This document shows, in pieces, positions 28,896-38,658 of a DNA stretch of 64,000 bases. The stretch spans positions 32,001 through 96,000 of the IMG/VR virus record IMGVR_UViG_3300025015_000010; one strand, 5' to 3'. The notes below the pieces were generated by a model. It was not told where the DNA came from, made no database searches, and saw only the letters and a list, made by a program, of their open reading frames with translations. The translations under genes were made by a program, and so were the position numbers. Positions within the stretch are counted from its first letter, which is position 1. Each line of letters begins with the position of its first letter. This DNA is from a virus.

Positions 28896-30407
28896 ATGAG
28901 GAGGCGAGACATGTCATGTGATCGTGAAGTTATCAGCATAGTTCGCGGACTGTGGCATTATTATAAGGATGAAATTACGGCATGTCATTCTGTATTGGAC
29001 ACGAAGAAGTTTAGTTGCGGCTTTGGAATTAGCGGCTATGATTTGTTGGTCGCTGCTTCCGGCTTAGGAGTGACAGCATTGAAGATAGAGGAGGCGGACC
29101 ATGCGTAAAGATCAAGAGAGATTCATCGAAGCGCTTACGGGCTTCGATCTTCGGCTGAATTATTCCGGTCGTAGTATGTATGGTCGGACCTGTCCAGGTG
29201 TAACTGTAGAGGACGCCAGGGAAGTCTACGCTGCTCTGGCCGATTTTGATGCAGATTGTCCTCCGATGGACGATGATCCGACCGCCTCGGATATAATTCG
29301 CAAGTGCCGCGTAGATAACATGGGCCTTGATTTGATTGTGTATCTGCCGTGGTCATCTTAGTAAATGCAGTAACTGCGGTGATCTGTACTATAGCCTGCA
29401 AGAAAAGTACGGACGTTGGCAACAACAAGGCAGCTTTGTTTGTTGCAGTATTGGTAGCTATAAATGTAGTTATCCTGGGTGTTAGCTTGTATAAGACGCT
29501 GTAAGGAGGTATGCCGTGAATTTAACCAGGGAAATAGTTGACGTAGTCGCGGGTGAACACGGTCGTACGTCGTGTTCGGATAAAGATTTGGCTAATAGTT
29601 TTGGCGGCTGGAGCGGGAAGTACAGTCCTGAAACTGGCGCGAAGGTAATTATGTATCCGAGGTGTAATCGGTGCTATTTACTCGCTAATCTTGGGTGTGA
29701 TACTAATGATCTGGAGTTCAAGATGGAAACGTCGTTAGTCTGGGTTGAAAGGTGATCAGTCATGGATAAACTCACATTTGTAGTTTTCAAGCTGTTTATA
29801 ATTTTGATGTTCACCGCAGGCTGTTTTCTGCCGTCGATTCTATATGCAGTGTTCTGGCATCTGGCTAGCCCGGAAGGTTTTTGGCAGAAGATGTTTCTTG
29901 CCGGGCTGGGGGTGTGGTTTTTAGCTGCAACTCAATTTGTTCTTGCAATTGTTTGGATCGCTGGTACAATTTGGTTTGTCCTGTGGGATGGAAAGTAATA
30001 TGTGTACTAACCAGGACGTGGCTACTTTGGTGATGGGCATCGAGCAGATACCGTATGATGTGATGGTCGCTGAAGCAAAGCGAGTGTGGGAAGCCCAGCC
30101 AGCATGTACAAGTTTTCTGCTCGGCTTTGAAGCATACCACTCTGCGGATGGAGATGTGTATCATCAGAGGTTCAGGAATTATCTGGAAGACGCCAAGGCA
30201 GATTTTGAGGTACTTCAGCGTGTTCGAGACGATTGGTCTGAACGAGATCAAGTCGATTTTGTGCTTGAGTTAGCAACGGAATTAGAGTCTAGAGTTTCGG
30301 GTGATAAACTCGAAAATATGTCGCACGCGGGTCTTTTGTTCTATTCGGTAGGTGACTACAGTCATGCAGCCGTGAAAGTAGTAGGCCGCAGGATGGCAGG
30401 GCGCTAG
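28896..30407 (+). other. run of small hypothetical CDS (28896-29108, 29101-29361, 29516-29755, 29762-29998 membrane protein, 30000-30407)
   Basis: ORF track; several GGAGG RBS. Confidence 0.7.
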
Positions 30408-30575
30408 GAAGGATAATCATGCTGTGGGTAAGCTTGGCGGTTAATTGTCTAGGCGTTGGCATATGTGGTGCTTTTGTGTTGCGGCATCGTGGCAAGGATA
30501 AGCTTATGATCGCGCTCGCTATAGGTAATCTTCTTTTTGTTGCTCGTGCAATTGTTCTTTTGAACCAGTGATTTT

Positions 30576-30658
30576 GGCCCAGTGCTGGAATGGCAGACAG
30601 TCAGCATTTAAAATGCTGTGTCCGTAAGGGCGTGTGGGTTCGAGTCCCACCTGGGCTA
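30576..30658 (+). tRNA. tRNA-Leu(TAA)
   Basis: Cloverleaf with long variable arm; loop TTTAAAA. Confidence 0.92.
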
Positions 30659-30668
30659 CTAAATACTA

Positions 30669-30741
30669 GGGACCGTAGCTTAATGGTCAAAGCGTCCCGC
30701 TCATAACGGGTTGAGTACTGGTTCGAGTCCAGTCGGTCCCA
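30669..30741 (+). tRNA. tRNA(CAT): Ile2 or elongator Met
   Basis: gggaccg/cggtccc acceptor; loop CTCATAA. Confidence 0.88.
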
Positions 30742-30751
30742 CAGAAATCGT

Positions 30752-30828
30752 GTCCCTGTAGCTCAAATGGATAGAGCAAGTCGGTTCTAACGACAAGGTT
30801 GAAAGTTCGAATCTTTCCAGGGATACCA
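30752..30828 (+). tRNA. tRNA-Arg(TCT)
   Basis: gtccctg/cagggat plus ACCA; loop GTTCTAA. Confidence 0.9.
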
Positions 30829-30843
30829 AAACGGAGGCAAAAA

Positions 30844-31978
30844 ATGTCGGTAGCAACAAAGGTAGTGAGGGTGGATTCAACTGGCTATTGGAAGCAAGCT
30901 GGTTGGTCTGAAACATGGACGGACATCTGGCTAGCTTGGAAGGATGGTCGTAAGCCGCGTCACGCCTGTCTTACAGTGATGTCCAGGTCCGATATCGAAA
31001 ATGAGATTGCGACCTATGAGTACGGTTTGAAGAGCGGTTCGTTTGATGAAGATACTAAGCAGATATTTCAAACGGATCTGGATCTAAACAAGATGCTGTT
31101 TGAAACTCTGGCTAAGACGGAAATTCACTTTGGCGAGGACAATAGCAACGTCTGGGTGGCAGCAGAGTTTCTCGATAGGAAAGCAATCGAGAAGGCTATT
31201 AGGCTGTATTTTAGCAAGTTTGTGAGTGAGCGGCCGATTCGCATTAAGTGGAAGAAGCCAATTTGTGTTGTCCATAGTAGTTAAAGGATATGCATATGGA
31301 CTGGACGCCAGGAAGCGATTTTAGATACGTACTTTCGTGCTTCGTTGCAGTAATACTGTTCGGTATGGCAATCTATGGATCTAGGAGATTTTGAAGTGCA
31401 GCATGATCAAGAATATTGGGAAGAAGTTGGTGATGACCTCTTGGAGCAATCCAGGAGGGAAGTAAAGCCTAAGCTACGCATCAAGGACGGCGCGGGGCTA
31501 AATGCAGATAAGAAGAAGTTGGTCGATATTCGGGCCGGAAAGAAGCACAGAAATAAGGAAAAGAACTTGATTGTTCACGAGGATGACGGTAATATAGGCT
31601 GAGAAAGGAGAAGTGGCTATGGGCGTCAGCAAGATTCTCGGCGAAATCGAAATATATCTTGAAAGCACGTTTGCCAACTGTGGAGACAAGATTGTTGTTG
31701 ATGTGCGCCGTACAGTTGTTCGTGGACAGGCCCCGTGGGATTTGTATGTTACGGTTCGTGACGCTACAGAAGATCAATCTGTAGGAATTTTTGCCCGAGA
31801 TTTATTCTGGATTTATCTCGGTGCAGATGAGGCCGGAGCGCCAATATTTAAGCAAGAATGGCCAATGGATATGCCGGACGAGGACGAGAAAGAATTTCGG
31901 TTAGGTGTTGAGAAGATTCTAGCCACGAGCGTCAAGCAAATTCTTAGACACTATGACAAGTATAGGTTTAGGGTTTAA
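30844..31978 (+). other. three hypothetical CDS (30844-31284, 31375-31602, 31613-31978)
   Basis: ORF track; first start moved downstream of the tRNA. Confidence 0.7.
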
Positions 31979-32689
31979 AACTGGAAAGGAAGTTTAGTCG
32001 TGGGATGCTATGTAAATCCGAGTGATGGTTCGAAGGAAGATTGGCTGTTTGCTAACGGTGAGTTTACGGAAAAGCCCAAGAGTTTTGGGTCCAAGCCCGA
32101 AGGCACGCTGCCAGTGTGTTTGGTAGACAATGGCCCATTTACGGCTGCCGCAGTCGCGTTCGACGCTTCTGAGTTTAAGGAGTTTATTAGACAGCGCGAG
32201 AATACCCCCAGCCTTGTGCTGGGGGATGACAGCGCCCCTAGCTACGGCTCTTTTGTGATTTAATATACTGACGAACGATATCTTCCGAAATATGGCCTAC
32301 AGTTGCGTAATATGTACCACGAGACCAAAGACCACTACCCCAGAATTTTTGCTTTTTAAGGACAGGAAATTTAGAAAAGATGTAGACTGTAGATATAGAC
32401 TTGAGTGTTTTAGCGATTTCAGATGGTGCCGTTAGGTGGTCGGCTTGAACAAAGATATGAACATGATCGGGCATAACTTCGATTCAGGCTTATGCCTTAT
32501 TTACATGTAAAGCCTAAGTTAGCCAAAGTTCCCTAATAAATAGCTAACAAAACCTGTCTACCTATGCTAAACAAAGATTCTATACTGTGGTAAGACAAGT
32601 CGTATATTTGGTGTATTTTTCGGTTTCAACGAGGTCTCTTGACCTCGGGTAATAGACCTGATATAATTTATGATAATTGGAGATACTTT

Positions 32690-33757
32690 ATGGTTGAAGA
32701 TACTTTACTGGACAGAATACATCACGGTGACGTGACCGACCTTTTGAGAGATTTGCCAGATTCCTGTGTTGATCTTGTGGTGTCGTCTCCTCCTTATAAT
32801 CTTGGAAAAGAATATGAGGCGAGAAAAGCCTTGGGAAATTATCTCAAGGAACAAACAGATATATTGTCCGAGTGTGTTCGCGTGCTCAAACCATCTGGTT
32901 CGTTGTTTTGGCAAGTAGGTGCATTTTCCGATGACGGTATTCTTATACCACTAGATATTCGATTTTTTCCAATACTGGAGTCTCTTGGGTTATACCCGAA
33001 AAATCGAATTGTGTGGGCACGACAGCACGGTTTACATGCCCGTAAGAAATTCTCGTGTCGCTACGAAACTATCTTGTGGTTTACCAAATCAGATAATTAT
33101 GTTTTCAACTTAGACGCTATAAGGGTGCCACAAAAATATAAGAACAAGAAGGCCCATAAAGGAGAGAACAGAGGGAAATATACATGTAATCCAGCCGGTA
33201 AGAATCCAGGTGATATCTGGATGTTCCGTAACGTAAAACATAATCACGAAGAACAAACAATTCATCCATGTCAGTTTCCAGAGGACTTAATCTCCAGGAT
33301 AATGCTTTGTACCACTGTGGTAGGTGGGGTTGTTTTTGATCCATACATAGGCACTGGTACAACTGCCGTCGTTGCTAGGGATCACGGTCGCCATTTTATA
33401 GGGGCAGAATTAAATATTGATTACTATAGAGTCGCAATAAGACGGCTAAGTGGACAACCAGATGAAAATGGTTTGTTTCCTAACCTGAAGACTCTTAGGG
33501 CATATGCCGAGAGAACCGGTCAACCAGTAGCTAATTTCAAATTTGATAAACAAGTAGGGAAATTTCCAACAGATCGGGCAAAGTCAAAAATATATACAGA
33601 AGAGTATCACCTAACCGAGTTGTCAAAACGACTTGAGTATGAAGAGGATTCTTTCGGTGCCCGGCTTCGCGGCAAAGACGCGCCAGCAGATTACTTCCCT
33701 GGTGGTTCGGTTAAATCAGTCGAAGACGATGCACCGTTGTTTAAGAGAGTCGTTTAA
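32690..33757 (+). CDS. beta-class amino DNA methyltransferase (m4C), M.BglII-like
   Basis: SPPY, IPLDIRFFP, NPGDIW, HPCQFP, DPYIGTGTT and FPNLKTLR. Confidence 0.9.
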   Translation: MVEDTLLDRIHHGDVTDLLRDLPDSCVDLVVSSPPYNLGKEYEARKALGNYLKEQTDILSECVRVLKPSGSLFWQVGAFSDDGILIPLDIRFFPILESLGLYPKNRIVWARQHGLHARKKFSCRYETILWFTKSDNYVFNLDAIRVPQKYKNKKAHKGENRGKYTCNPAGKNPGDIWMFRNVKHNHEEQTIHPCQFPEDLISRIMLCTTVVGGVVFDPYIGTGTTAVVARDHGRHFIGAELNIDYYRVAIRRLSGQPDENGLFPNLKTLRAYAERTGQPVANFKFDKQVGKFPTDRAKSKIYTEEYHLTELSKRLEYEEDSFGARLRGKDAPADYFPGGSVKSVEDDAPLFKRVV

Positions 33758-34427
33758 ACGTTAGTCTCCATCCGTTAGTTGACTTAGAGCCGCGTTCAAC
33801 TAGGCAAAGTCCATTTATTTGTTCTTTAATTGTTCTGGATGTTCTGTCTGGATAAATCGTCTGTACAGATGGTACCTCGTGGCCGGGGTCAACAGACAGG
33901 TTTGTTACCCGCATCGGAATTCCAAACATATTAAATTTCGACAATCCATTGGCCTGTTCTACAGATTGTTCATAGTAGAGTGTGCTATTGGAAGCGGGAA
34001 GTCTTCCTGTCTTAGTCAAAAGGACAAGGGCCTTGACAGTTTTGTGCCCTAATTTGATACCAGCCCTTTTGAATATGTCACTGCGAATGACATTATTAAG
34101 AAAGAATGGGTAATTAGAAAACTGTGCTTCGAGCATTATCCCATTCTTGGCGAAATCCACATCTGAGCCAAGAAACCGGACTGCGGGAGGCACCGATGGC
34201 CCTGATATCCATCCAGATGACCCCAGAACGCGCTCCAAATAGGCGTTAGTGGCTACTGGATCAAAAATCAGATGTCCTGATTTGTTTTTCTGTAGAGATC
34301 CTTTTAGGTACAATGGCATATCCTCTGCGGCTTTTAGGATATCTGCCCATTCTTTTGCCGCTTCGTCTGATAATAACTGTTTTACCCCATTAAAATCTTG
34401 CCATTGAACTTTAATGTTCACCTCCAA
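33741..34427 (-). CDS. BglII/BstYI-family type II restriction endonuclease
   Basis: DVDFAK...EAQFSNYPFFLNNVIR and PASNSTLYYEQ; convergent with the MTase. Confidence 0.85.
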   Translation of the reverse strand: MEVNIKVQWQDFNGVKQLLSDEAAKEWADILKAAEDMPLYLKGSLQKNKSGHLIFDPVATNAYLERVLGSSGWISGPSVPPAVRFLGSDVDFAKNGIMLEAQFSNYPFFLNNVIRSDIFKRAGIKLGHKTVKALVLLTKTGRLPASNSTLYYEQSVEQANGLSKFNMFGIPMRVTNLSVDPGHEVPSVQTIYPDRTSRTIKEQINGLCLVERGSKSTNGWRLTFKRLS

Positions 34428-34567
34428 TCCCTATTTTTGTGTATCGGAGGCTGGTGCCCAAAGCTGAAGCCTTGGTTATAAAATCGGTCAAAAAAATCGC
34501 CGATTGTAAGTACATCCTGAATTATACGGACGAGCGTTCTCAGATAGTGCTAGACTTCAAATAGCAG

Positions 34568-35605
34568 ATGTCACATAACTATTTGGAGTTAGAAATGTCT
34601 ACAACACTACCGTTCCCTAGAACAGATTTTGAATTCCATGACATGTTTCCAAATGACAGGGCGTGCATTGAATACCTGGCCGAGCTACGTTGGTCCGACG
34701 GCTTTATATGTCCTCATTGTGAGTCACACGAAGGTTATTGGAACGACAAGCGCCTGTATTTCGAGTGCAAATACTGTCACAAACAGACCTATTTAACAGC
34801 CGGGACTGTGATGCACAGTTCCAAGATACCTCTAACGGAGTGGTTCTTAGCAGCGTGGTTTATGGCTACGCTTAAACCTGGGATCAGCGCTTATCAATAT
34901 TGGGAGCGTTCTCGGATTGTAAGTTACAAGACCGTGTTCAATATGCTGCATAAATTGCGTTTCGGTCTTGTAGATCCGAATCCGTATATTTTGGAAGGCA
35001 TGGTCGAAGTGGACGAGGCACTTCTTTGGGGCGAAAAACAGCCGAAGGGCGTCAATAAAGGGCCGAAGGGTAAGATCATTTTGGCTGGCGCCGTAGAACT
35101 CAGAGAGCGCAAGGAAAAGAAGAAACATTTCCCGAATTATTACGTGTCCAGAGTACGTTTACGTGTCGTGCCCAATCGCTCAGAAGAACATCTAGCGGGT
35201 TTCGTTTATGACGCCGTAGCACCTGGAAGCATTGTTTACACAGATGCTCATGCGAGTTACCAAAACCTGGGCGGATACTATGATCATCACGTAATTAGTG
35301 AAGCCCATGGAATGTCCGCCGATAGCGTACTACCAGCATTTCACCAGGTCATCGGGAACTTTCGGGCGTGGATTATCGGTACTCACCATGGCGTAAGCTC
35401 GAAACACATGCAGACCTATGCCAATGAGTTTGCATTCAGAGTGTCCACGACGTTTGACCAGTTTCTGGCTTTTCAACAGATGCTTGGTTCTTCAGTCGTG
35501 GCGCGAGGCCCGACTTACCCAGAACTTTACAATGTCGGCCAAAAGGGTGGTTATGCCCATCTTGGGGACTGCAACCTGGGCTCTTTACCGCTCATAACGT
35601 TCTAA
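34568..35605 (+). CDS. IS1595 (ISXO2-like) DDE transposase
   Basis: Zn ribbon CPHC...CKYC, VEVDE, VYTD, HHGVS.KHMQ.Y.NEF.FR. Confidence 0.93.
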   Translation: MSHNYLELEMSTTLPFPRTDFEFHDMFPNDRACIEYLAELRWSDGFICPHCESHEGYWNDKRLYFECKYCHKQTYLTAGTVMHSSKIPLTEWFLAAWFMATLKPGISAYQYWERSRIVSYKTVFNMLHKLRFGLVDPNPYILEGMVEVDEALLWGEKQPKGVNKGPKGKIILAGAVELRERKEKKKHFPNYYVSRVRLRVVPNRSEEHLAGFVYDAVAPGSIVYTDAHASYQNLGGYYDHHVISEAHGMSADSVLPAFHQVIGNFRAWIIGTHHGVSSKHMQTYANEFAFRVSTTFDQFLAFQQMLGSSVVARGPTYPELYNVGQKGGYAHLGDCNLGSLPLITF

Positions 35606-35857
35606 TAAGTTAGGATAGTTAAGTCTAAGTTCTAGTGATATTTATAATCACATGTAAATAAGGCATAAGCCTGACTTCGATTTCTTGAAGTAGCCATTTG
35701 TAGGTAGTACAAGTTTCGGCAAGAATCTTCTTCAACTCAGCGGCTACAAAGCCTTCTAGTACAGTATGACGATACTTGGGACACCAAATGATATGATAAC
35801 CGAGAGAATGAACCGCGTGACTACTCGAAGTCGTTTTCATAACGAGGTATTATAACT

Positions 35858-37015
35858 GTGTTTCGTACAGTGTCAATACCCACTGATCTTGAACCAGAGC
35901 GGTTTCTACCGTTGATGTCTCAGTGCGCAGATATTTTCAACGCACATGTCGATTGGGCCTTGGAACAGCATAGTTGCAATAAGAGCAAGGCTCATGACGC
36001 GCTGTATTTACAATTCAGACAATCCAATCCAGATGTGCCCTCGGCGTTGATTCAGGCAGTGCGTGATACAGCTTTAGAGGCGGTCAAGGCCAATAAGTAC
36101 AAGAACTGTCCACGAAAGAAAGCATACTCAGGACTTCGTTACGACAAGCGCACAATAACTAGGCGCGGCAATCAATTAACACTTTCTACCTTAGGAACCA
36201 GGGCCAAAACTATACTAAATGTTCCAGAATACTACAGAGAAATCTATAACACTTGGGTATTCAAGAGCGCAACAATTACCTACAAGCGTTACGATCAAAG
36301 AATTTGGGTGCAGTTAGTATTTGACCACGCCACACCTGAGCGATGCCCTATGAACCAAATCCAGGGCATCGATAAAGGACTGTACCATCTGGCAACAACT
36401 TCGGATGGGCAGGTGTATTCTAATGCAAAGGTTCGTTCTGTTCAGCGCAGGTATTTGTACAACAGAGGCACGCTCCAGGCAAAAGGCACTCGCGCAGCGA
36501 AACGTCGTTTGAAAAAGATGTCAGGTCGTGAGAAGCGGTTTAGTCGGAACATGAATCATGTTGTCACTAAGTATCTTGCAAATCAAGAGAGTGTAACGAT
36601 CTTCGTATTAGAAGATTTAACAGGTATTCGCAATCAGAATCGCGGTAAGAAAATGAACAAGTGGATGGCATCGTGGCCGTTCTACGAGTTCGACTCGTTT
36701 CTTATTTACAAATGCGAAGCCTTAGGCAAATTAGTCGTTTTTGTGGACCCGCGAAACACCAGTAGAAAGTGTAGCAGGTGTAAGCACGTCTGCAAAAAGA
36801 ATCGTCACAAGTCTCATTTTCACTGTGTAAAGTGTGGCTTTAGAGCGCATGCCGACTTTAATGCCGCAATCAATATCCGTGACGATTACATTCTCTCTAC
36901 TATGCCTTTGGCAACGGTAGAGCAGGCGGCTGTCAATCCGCCATATGTTTCGAGTGTTATGGGTGAAAATCCCGCCTTAGTTACAAGCCACCAGCCTTGT
37001 GCTGGTGGTCATTGA
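35858..37015 (+). CDS. tnpB: TnpB RNA-guided nuclease, intact D-E-D
   Basis: GIDKG, VLEDL, Zn finger and ADFNAA. Confidence 0.95.
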   Translation: MFRTVSIPTDLEPERFLPLMSQCADIFNAHVDWALEQHSCNKSKAHDALYLQFRQSNPDVPSALIQAVRDTALEAVKANKYKNCPRKKAYSGLRYDKRTITRRGNQLTLSTLGTRAKTILNVPEYYREIYNTWVFKSATITYKRYDQRIWVQLVFDHATPERCPMNQIQGIDKGLYHLATTSDGQVYSNAKVRSVQRRYLYNRGTLQAKGTRAAKRRLKKMSGREKRFSRNMNHVVTKYLANQESVTIFVLEDLTGIRNQNRGKKMNKWMASWPFYEFDSFLIYKCEALGKLVVFVDPRNTSRKCSRCKHVCKKNRHKSHFHCVKCGFRAHADFNAAINIRDDYILSTMPLATVEQAAVNPPYVSSVMGENPALVTSHQPCAGGH

Positions 37016-37121
37016 CTGATCCGATGGACACCAGAGCGAAGCTTTGGTACTGGGTCAAGATCGAGGATCTTCGTAAGGTGTCGCCTCTCGAACGCTATCT
37101 GAAGTAGAAAGGAAATAAGTC

Positions 37122-37528
37122 ATGGCATTAAAACTGTATGTATGGCAGAATATGCTGAGCGATTATTACCCTGGGATCGCTTTCGCTATGGCAGAAAACG
37201 CGGCAGATGCCCGCAGGCAGATTATCAGAAGTGGACTCAGTGCCACAGAAGCTAAGCTAGAGTTGGCTGGTAAGCCCAGTGTCTATCGCAGTCCAAAAGG
37301 TTTTCATGAGTATGGAGGCGGCTAATGTTCTGGCAACGAAAGGTCACTAAGCGTGAAGTAGTTCCGTGTAAGGCATGTGATGGGACGGGGTTGCGGGTGC
37401 CAAATAATGGCAATTTTGAATACACGAGTAAGTACACTTTTGATCAGGTTACTAAGCTGGCCCAAGGAATCTGTATAGCTTGCAACGGCCAGGGTGAGCA
37501 GCAGCGTGTTTGGACCGAATATGTATGA
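37122..37528 (+). other. two small CDS (37122-37325; 37325-37528 with DnaJ-like CxxCxGxG)
   Basis: ORF track. Confidence 0.65.
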
Positions 37529-37848
37529 GTTCTTCTCGCAATAGTGGTGAAAAGCGATCTTGGAAGGCAAAGTTATTTGGAGGCAGGGAAACAAAGCCAT
37601 GCTGTTTTTGTCGCTGTACTCTGTATTTTAGCTCAGCAACCCTAGAACACGTAGTACCAAGGTCTCAAGATGGAAATTGGTCTCTTGACAATCTAAGGCT
37701 TTCGTGCTATGATTGTAACCATGAACGGGGTTCAGACGATTTCGATGAGTTTCAACAGCGTAAGCGGGCAGAATTAAAGCAGCATGAGCAACGTCAAGAA
37801 GAAATGAGGTTAGTTAGACTTGCAGAATTATTGAAGCCGATAAATTAG
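37525..37848 (+). CDS. small HNH endonuclease
   Basis: CCFC...TLEHVVPRS..G...NL..SCYDCN. Confidence 0.85.
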   Translation: MSSSRNSGEKRSWKAKLFGGRETKPCCFCRCTLYFSSATLEHVVPRSQDGNWSLDNLRLSCYDCNHERGSDDFDEFQQRKRAELKQHEQRQEEMRLVRLAELLKPIN

Positions 37849-37850
37849 AT

Positions 37851-38531
37851 ATGAAAAGAACTAGTTGGAGCGACGAGGAATTTATAGTCGCTGTTAAGTC
37901 GAGCATTTCTATTGCTGAAACGTTAAGAAAGTTACGCCTTGTACCGATTGGCGGTAATTACAGAACAGTGCATAGAAAGGTCAAAGAATTATCGTTAGAT
38001 ACGAATCATTGGCTTGGCCAAAAACACTTGATTGGAAAAAGCCGAAAAGGAATAGGGCAGAAACCTCTTACGGAAGTGCTACTTGAACATAGCGAGTACA
38101 GTCGAGGAAGTATTAAAAAGAGACTTTTAGCAGAGGGTGTTCTAAAAAATGAGTGCGCCATATGCGGGCAAGGCCCTGTTTGGAATGGAAAACCGCTTGT
38201 TCTAACTTTGGACCATATAAACGGCACAAACAACGATAATCGGCTAGAAAATCTGAGAATAATTTGTCATCATTGTGGTAGTCAACTCGAAACTTTTTGT
38301 GGCAAAAAGAATAAGGGGAAAAAATATACAGAGGAAAGTGTCTGTTTTAATTGTGGTAAAAAAGTAGAGCCTTATGCAAAACACTGTGTTGATTGCTACC
38401 ATAAATCAATACGAAGGATTGAAAGGCCTCATATAGACGTTTTGAATAGTGAAATAGATGAGTTTGGATATGAAGCTGTGGGAAGAAAATATGGAGTATC
38501 AGGTAACTCGATAAAAAAATGGGCAAAATAA
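37851..38531 (+). CDS. HNH endonuclease adjacent to a tRNA
   Basis: LDHING.NNDNRLENLR.IC; C-terminal HTH. Confidence 0.9.
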   Translation: MKRTSWSDEEFIVAVKSSISIAETLRKLRLVPIGGNYRTVHRKVKELSLDTNHWLGQKHLIGKSRKGIGQKPLTEVLLEHSEYSRGSIKKRLLAEGVLKNECAICGQGPVWNGKPLVLTLDHINGTNNDNRLENLRIICHHCGSQLETFCGKKNKGKKYTEESVCFNCGKKVEPYAKHCVDCYHKSIRRIERPHIDVLNSEIDEFGYEAVGRKYGVSGNSIKKWAK

Positions 38532-38561
38532 CCAGCCTCATTGGTTTAATAAAATACAGTC

Positions 38562-38637
38562 GGGGGCGTGGCGCAGCGATTAACGCAGCGGACTTTTAAT
38601 CCGATGATCGCAGGTTTGAATCCTGCCGCCCCCACCA
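38562..38637 (+). tRNA. tRNA-Lys(TTT)
   Basis: gggggcg/cgccccc plus ACCA; loop CTTTTAA; T loop TTTGAAT. Confidence 0.92.
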
Positions 38638-38658
38638 CATTTTTAGAAAGTAGGAAAG

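Larger units (their letters stand above)
32485..35673. mobile_element. IS1595-family transposon with R-M cargo
   Basis: 24-bp TIR caggcttatgccttatttacatgt; 9-bp TSD acttcgatt at 32476-32484 and 35674-35682. Confidence 0.93.
32238..35840 (-). pseudogene. tnpA: Y1 HUH transposase split by the IS1595 transposon (35840-35674 joined to 32475-32238)
   Basis: Joined sequence YHIIWCPKYR...QEIEV-MPDHVH...LWSRGTYY...YIKSQ. Confidence 0.92.
32188..37016 (+). mobile_element. IS200/IS605 element (divergent tnpA/tnpB), target TTTAT, right end TGAC
   Basis: Subterminal hairpins ccagccttgtgctgg at both ends. Confidence 0.9.
32000..37107 (+). pseudogene. phage gene split by the IS200/IS605 element (32000-32187 joined to 37017-37107)
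   Basis: Excision restores ...EFKEFI-DPMDTRAKLWYWVKIEDLRKVSPLERYLK*. Confidence 0.85.

Noticed and set aside
30701-30916. Minus-strand ORF and the 30799 start
   Set aside because: Both overlap tRNA genes
32000-32263. Intact 87-aa ORF; also 35625-35840 and 32238-32474 as separate genes
   Set aside because: These are fragments that read into or out of inserted elements
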